NCBI GenBank assembly: GCA_030390025.1
Contig: JASTWF010000033.1
Span: forward strand, 1,986,001-2,050,000
Direction: 5' to 3'
Source: Squalus acanthias
Taxonomy: Eukaryota
Length of the DNA stretch: 64,000 nt
In this document: positions 60,380-64,000 of the stretch, piece by piece
How positions within the stretch are numbered: position 1 is the stretch's first letter
Layout: each line of letters starts with the position of its first letter
Translations under genes and position numbers: made by a program
The notes under the pieces: generated by a model
The model's database searches: none
The model's input: the letters and a program-made list of their open reading frames with translations, nothing else
Told to the model about the DNA's origin: nothing

Positions 60380-62340
60380 TTACGCGGTACTTTCCTCGTT
60401 CACGCGCACGTAACGTTCTCTCCACTCCTCTGTGTTCTCCTGCCTCGTGAGGCGTTTGCCTCTTTTGCAGTGTACGACCAATAGGTACACTACAATCACA
60501 ACTTGACACACTACCAAAATGTGGGAGGCTATCTTTATCCATGACGGCACTTCAATATTAGTGAACAGATCACAGCACGGTGGGATTACTATGTCCAGTA
60601 TCTCTGTCCCTATCTCTACAGTCTTTTGTTCCAGGGTGTAAAAATGTTTCTGTGATACAATGACGGCTTTTAAAATCTTGGTGAGGTGTTCAGGGAGAGG
60701 GGGAATGGTGTATCCGAAATGCGCAATGAATCGCTGCAAGTCTGTGAAATTCTCTTCTACAGTGAGGTGAACAGTAGATGGTTCAGGGATTGGGACAATT
60801 CGCTGTTGTGTCACTTGAACTTCAGCCCTGGGTTTAAAACAGAAACTACTGTCACTCACCGGACTCCGGATGTGGTGTCCATGCTGGTAGTGTTGCGCTG
60901 CAGTGGTTACGCAATACGTTCCATCCCTATGTATGCCACCTGTGGGGGCACATGATCTTGTGTCATTGCTTCCATGGTGCAATTCATGGGCTTCGCGCCA
61001 GCCGTTCTGAACCCGCATTGTGGTGTTAAAAAGGCATTCAAGTGCTGGGGACACAGGATGATGTGTGCTCCCCGGCCACGACAACCCGAAAGGTCGGTAC
61101 CTGTCATCGTTTGCTCCCAGCGGATTACGTAAGGTGGGACCGCTGCGTAGCGAATGTGGGCTCCCCCCTGAATGCCACCAATGTTCTCCACCCGATACAC
61201 CGGGGCGGGCTTTGCTGTGTCGCCCAACACCGGCATCCGTACTACTATCCCCATGATAGTATGATTTGACTGTCCGCAGTACACGGGGACTGGGTATGCC
61301 TCTGAGGCTAGCCTGAGCTGGCACGGGCTTAATGCGTTCTGAAAAGGAGTGGAGCGCCTGCAGGTGTTTGTTACTTATCCAGGACGGGACCAAACCTTGT
61401 TTTAAATCCTCCAAATTACTGTGGCCCTCGCCCAGTAACCACACCCCGTATAGTACGCACACCTCGTTCTGCGCAGCTTGATCGGATGCATTCCGATCTT
61501 CCCTGATCAGGGCATTTAACGTTCTCGCATGCTTCTCCAGCTCTGCTATAATCTCTTTTATGTGTAGTGTCATGGCCTGGTCCTCATGTAACTCAGACCC
61601 TACTACCTTGTTCTCGTTTGTGAGGATGCTTTTTAACTGTGTTTTTAAACCGTTGATCTGGGTCTGCAGCTCCACATTGTCTAGAGCGTTGACCACAGAT
61701 GTTCCCGTATTAAAAGGAGTGAACACATCGTTCACAACATCCCTGCTTTGTCTCCCCACCTGACCCAAAACTTCGTGTGGTGTGGTGTTAGGAAAAATAT
61801 GGATATACCCTTGGGGCAAACGTACTTCGATCCCCACATACAAACATATATTCCCTCATCCGGTTCCCACCATTTGTCCCAACAGACTTTCAATTGTCCG
61901 TTAGTCCCTGTAATTGTCCGATGGGTATTGTTACCCAATCGCTCCCACTCGACCGAGGAATTTCTCATAGCCTTGCTTAACTTCCGTAACCACCACCATC
62001 GGCTCAATGGGACCTTCCCATTGCTCGTCAAACAAATCCTTTTGCCGACGGTAACACTGATTCTGGGTGCAATGATCCTCACCCTGGGACACAGTAAATA
62101 AGTCTCTTTGTAGGCAAATCCGGATGCGCTGGAGTATTCCGTCGAATTCGTTCCCAGCCATCCCGGCCACCTTCCCTTGTGGAAATAAGTGGCGGTTTCC
62201 TCAGCCTTTCGCTCCCCGGTCCCATCCATCGTGATGGGGCCCGTGTCCCCGGAGCAACCGAACACAACGACATCCTTGGTGAGGCCCCGATAGGCCAATC
62301 CATATCCGATCGTTGCGAGCACTATCAGAATCCTTTCCAT
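60380..62340 (-). pseudogene. env: ERV-B env (signal peptide, Ig-like domain, RQSR furin site, fusion peptide/HR1, Cys-rich core, HR2, TM), frameshifted
   Basis: MERILIVLATIGYGLA after a splice acceptor (tctgatcacag, 62353); RISVTVGKRICL..WWW..DEGIYVC; RQSR|DVVNDVFTPFNTGTSVVNALD; LQTQINGLKTQLKSIL; TM IASHILVVCQVVIVVYLLVV. Confidence 0.88.
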
Positions 62341-62892
62341 CTTTCCTGGTTCCTGTGATCAGATAAAATGATGTAGCCAGCCTCCCAAGAGTCTCTGGCT
62401 TTTGTGAAGCGTGAGCGGGTCCCTTGACCTCGTCTCACGTACAAAGACACGTATGCTGGATAGACCTTAACTATTCCTATCACTAACTCCCATCATTTTA
62501 CCATTTACTTTTAAAATTAAACTACAATCTTACCAAACTTAAAACATTATAAACTTAAACTTATCCTAAACGTAACTGTACAGCGCCGCCCGTTCCCAGG
62601 GCGGCCTACCTAAATTCTGTGAAGGCTGCCACGAGCTTTTCCCAGTGGCGGGGGGGCACTGACCCCTTCCATTGATCTGCCGCAGCCTGTCGTCACTGCG
62701 CTGGGACTGGGATCTCCCTGGAGTGCCTTGAACTTACGCCTGGGGGTGTACGAGGGATTTGACCACAACTTCCTGGGCTGGGGTGTCCGACTCGACCTAC
62801 GGAGGGCTACCTTGGGCAAGATTCCCAGGACCGACGGACCGGGAACCGAGACTTCCACCGTCACGGCCTGTGGTCCCACCACAGCCGCCGGC

Positions 62893-63530
62893 TCTGTCTC
62901 CCCTGGCCCCGCCCCCTGGGCTCGGGACCTGCAGTTTCTGACTCCACCCTACTTGTCTCTCCAGTATGTTGAACTCCACTCACAGTCCCTGTCTCCCCTG
63001 GCCCCGCCCCCTGGGCTCCGCCCCCCTGGCCCCGCCCCCCTGGCCCCGCCCCCTGGGCTCGGGAGCTGCAGTTTCTGACTCCACCCTACTTGTCTGTCCA
63101 GTATGTGGATCTCCACTCACAATCCCTATCTCCCCTGGCCCCGCCCCCCTGGCCCCGCCCCCTGGCCCCGCCCCCTGGGCTCGGGACCTGCAGTTTCTGA
63201 CTCCACCCTACTTGTCTCTCCAGTATGTTGAACTCCACTCGCAGTCCCTATCTCCCCTGGCTCCGCCCCCTGGCCCCGCCCCCCTGGGCTCGGGAGCTGC
63301 GGTTTCTGACTCCACCCTACTTGTCTCTCCAGTATGTGTAACTCCACTCACAATCCCTGTCTCCCCTGGCCCCGCCCCCTGGCTCCGCCCCCCCTGGCCC
63401 CGCCCCCTGGCCCCGCCCCCTGGCTCCGCCCCCTGGCCCCGCCCCCTGGGCTCGGGACCTGTGGTTTCCGACTCCACCCTACTTGTCTCTCCAGTATGTT
63501 GAACTCCACTCACAGTCCCTATCTCCCCTG
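62893..63530. repeat. Compound tandem repeat in the ERV-B integrase tail (~5 units, each with variable GGGGCGGGGC subrepeats)
   Basis: Core gggctcgggacctgcagtttctgactccaccctacttgtctctccagtatgttgaactccactcacagtccct repeated, separated by 1-5 tggccccgccccc units. Confidence 0.92.
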
Positions 63531-64000
63531 AGCTTGGGTCGAGGGCGGAACCTCCGTCCTCTGTCCCCACCACCTCTCCGACCGGGTCACTACCTTGGTC
63601 GAGCTCTCCGAGCTCTTCCTCATCTGAATCCCAACACCAAGAAAAGATCCTACACTTTTCCAGAATGTCCTCTCCCCTCAAGCAGGCTGCTTTACCGGCC
63701 TGTGTGCCCTGCGGTTCTACCTGGGGCTGAGAGTCCCCACTCGCAGGTTTGGCCCCTGTGATTGGCCCCTGTGCACCCGGCTTGTACAGCTTGCACTGGT
63801 TAATGTGGAACCATTTCGTGCGCCGGGGTACCTTCACGGCATACACCATGGGACTCGCCTTATCTACAATACTGTGGGGTCCCATATACAGTGGTTCCAA
63901 ACTCCCTACTCTGGCATAGTTCCTAACCATGACCTGATCTCCGACTTCCCACTCCTGCTTCTTACGGGGTTCCAGCAACAGTCGATTGCCCTGATGCTGT
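63208..64000 (-). pseudogene. pol: ERV-B integrase C-terminus (GPY/F-like) with repetitive extension
   Basis: WEVGDQVMVRNYARVGSLEPLYMGPHSIV..KWFHINQCKLY. Confidence 0.9.

Larger units (their letters stand above)
58281..64000 (-). mobile_element. ERV-B: 3' half of a second lokiretrovirus-like provirus (IN C-terminus, env, 3' UTR/LTR), continuing beyond the window
   Basis: The IN C-terminal block is 51/67 identical to ERV-A by hand count; env is collinear with ERV-A; the minus strand ends ..AACCTAACA at 58281. Confidence 0.9.

Overview
Repeat-dense vertebrate genomic DNA, inferred to be a cartilaginous fish (shark-type CR1/L2 LINEs, shark-type GPR139-like gene), with a 200-N assembly gap at 48333-48532. 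The most notable content is two related but distinct endogenous retrovirus-like proviruses, both on the minus strand. ERV-A (4386-16667) is complete but decayed: ~1.03-kb LTRs, tRNA-Arg PBS, gag with CCHC, an in-frame UGA-CUAG readthrough junction into pro-RT-tether-RNaseH-IN, and a spliced env. ERV-B (58281 to the window end) shows IN, env and a probable 3' LTR. The dual RNase H and the unusual env point to the lokiretrovirus lineage. Both envs carry an N-terminal immunoglobulin-like domain ahead of a furin site/fusion-peptide/heptad ectodomain, and their internal deletions are complementary, so a near-complete env can be reconstructed. Also present: a 10.6-kb array of an 83-bp CpG-rich unit with splice-site-like motifs, fused to the 5' end of a young CR1 whose ORF2 is otherwise open; a Penelope-type inverted-repeat insertion with hammerhead-ribozyme cores; G-rich and 18-bp minisatellites; about a dozen CR1 copies and one L2; and GPR139-like GPCR exons (exon 2 on minus, an exon 1 on plus) either side of the gap.
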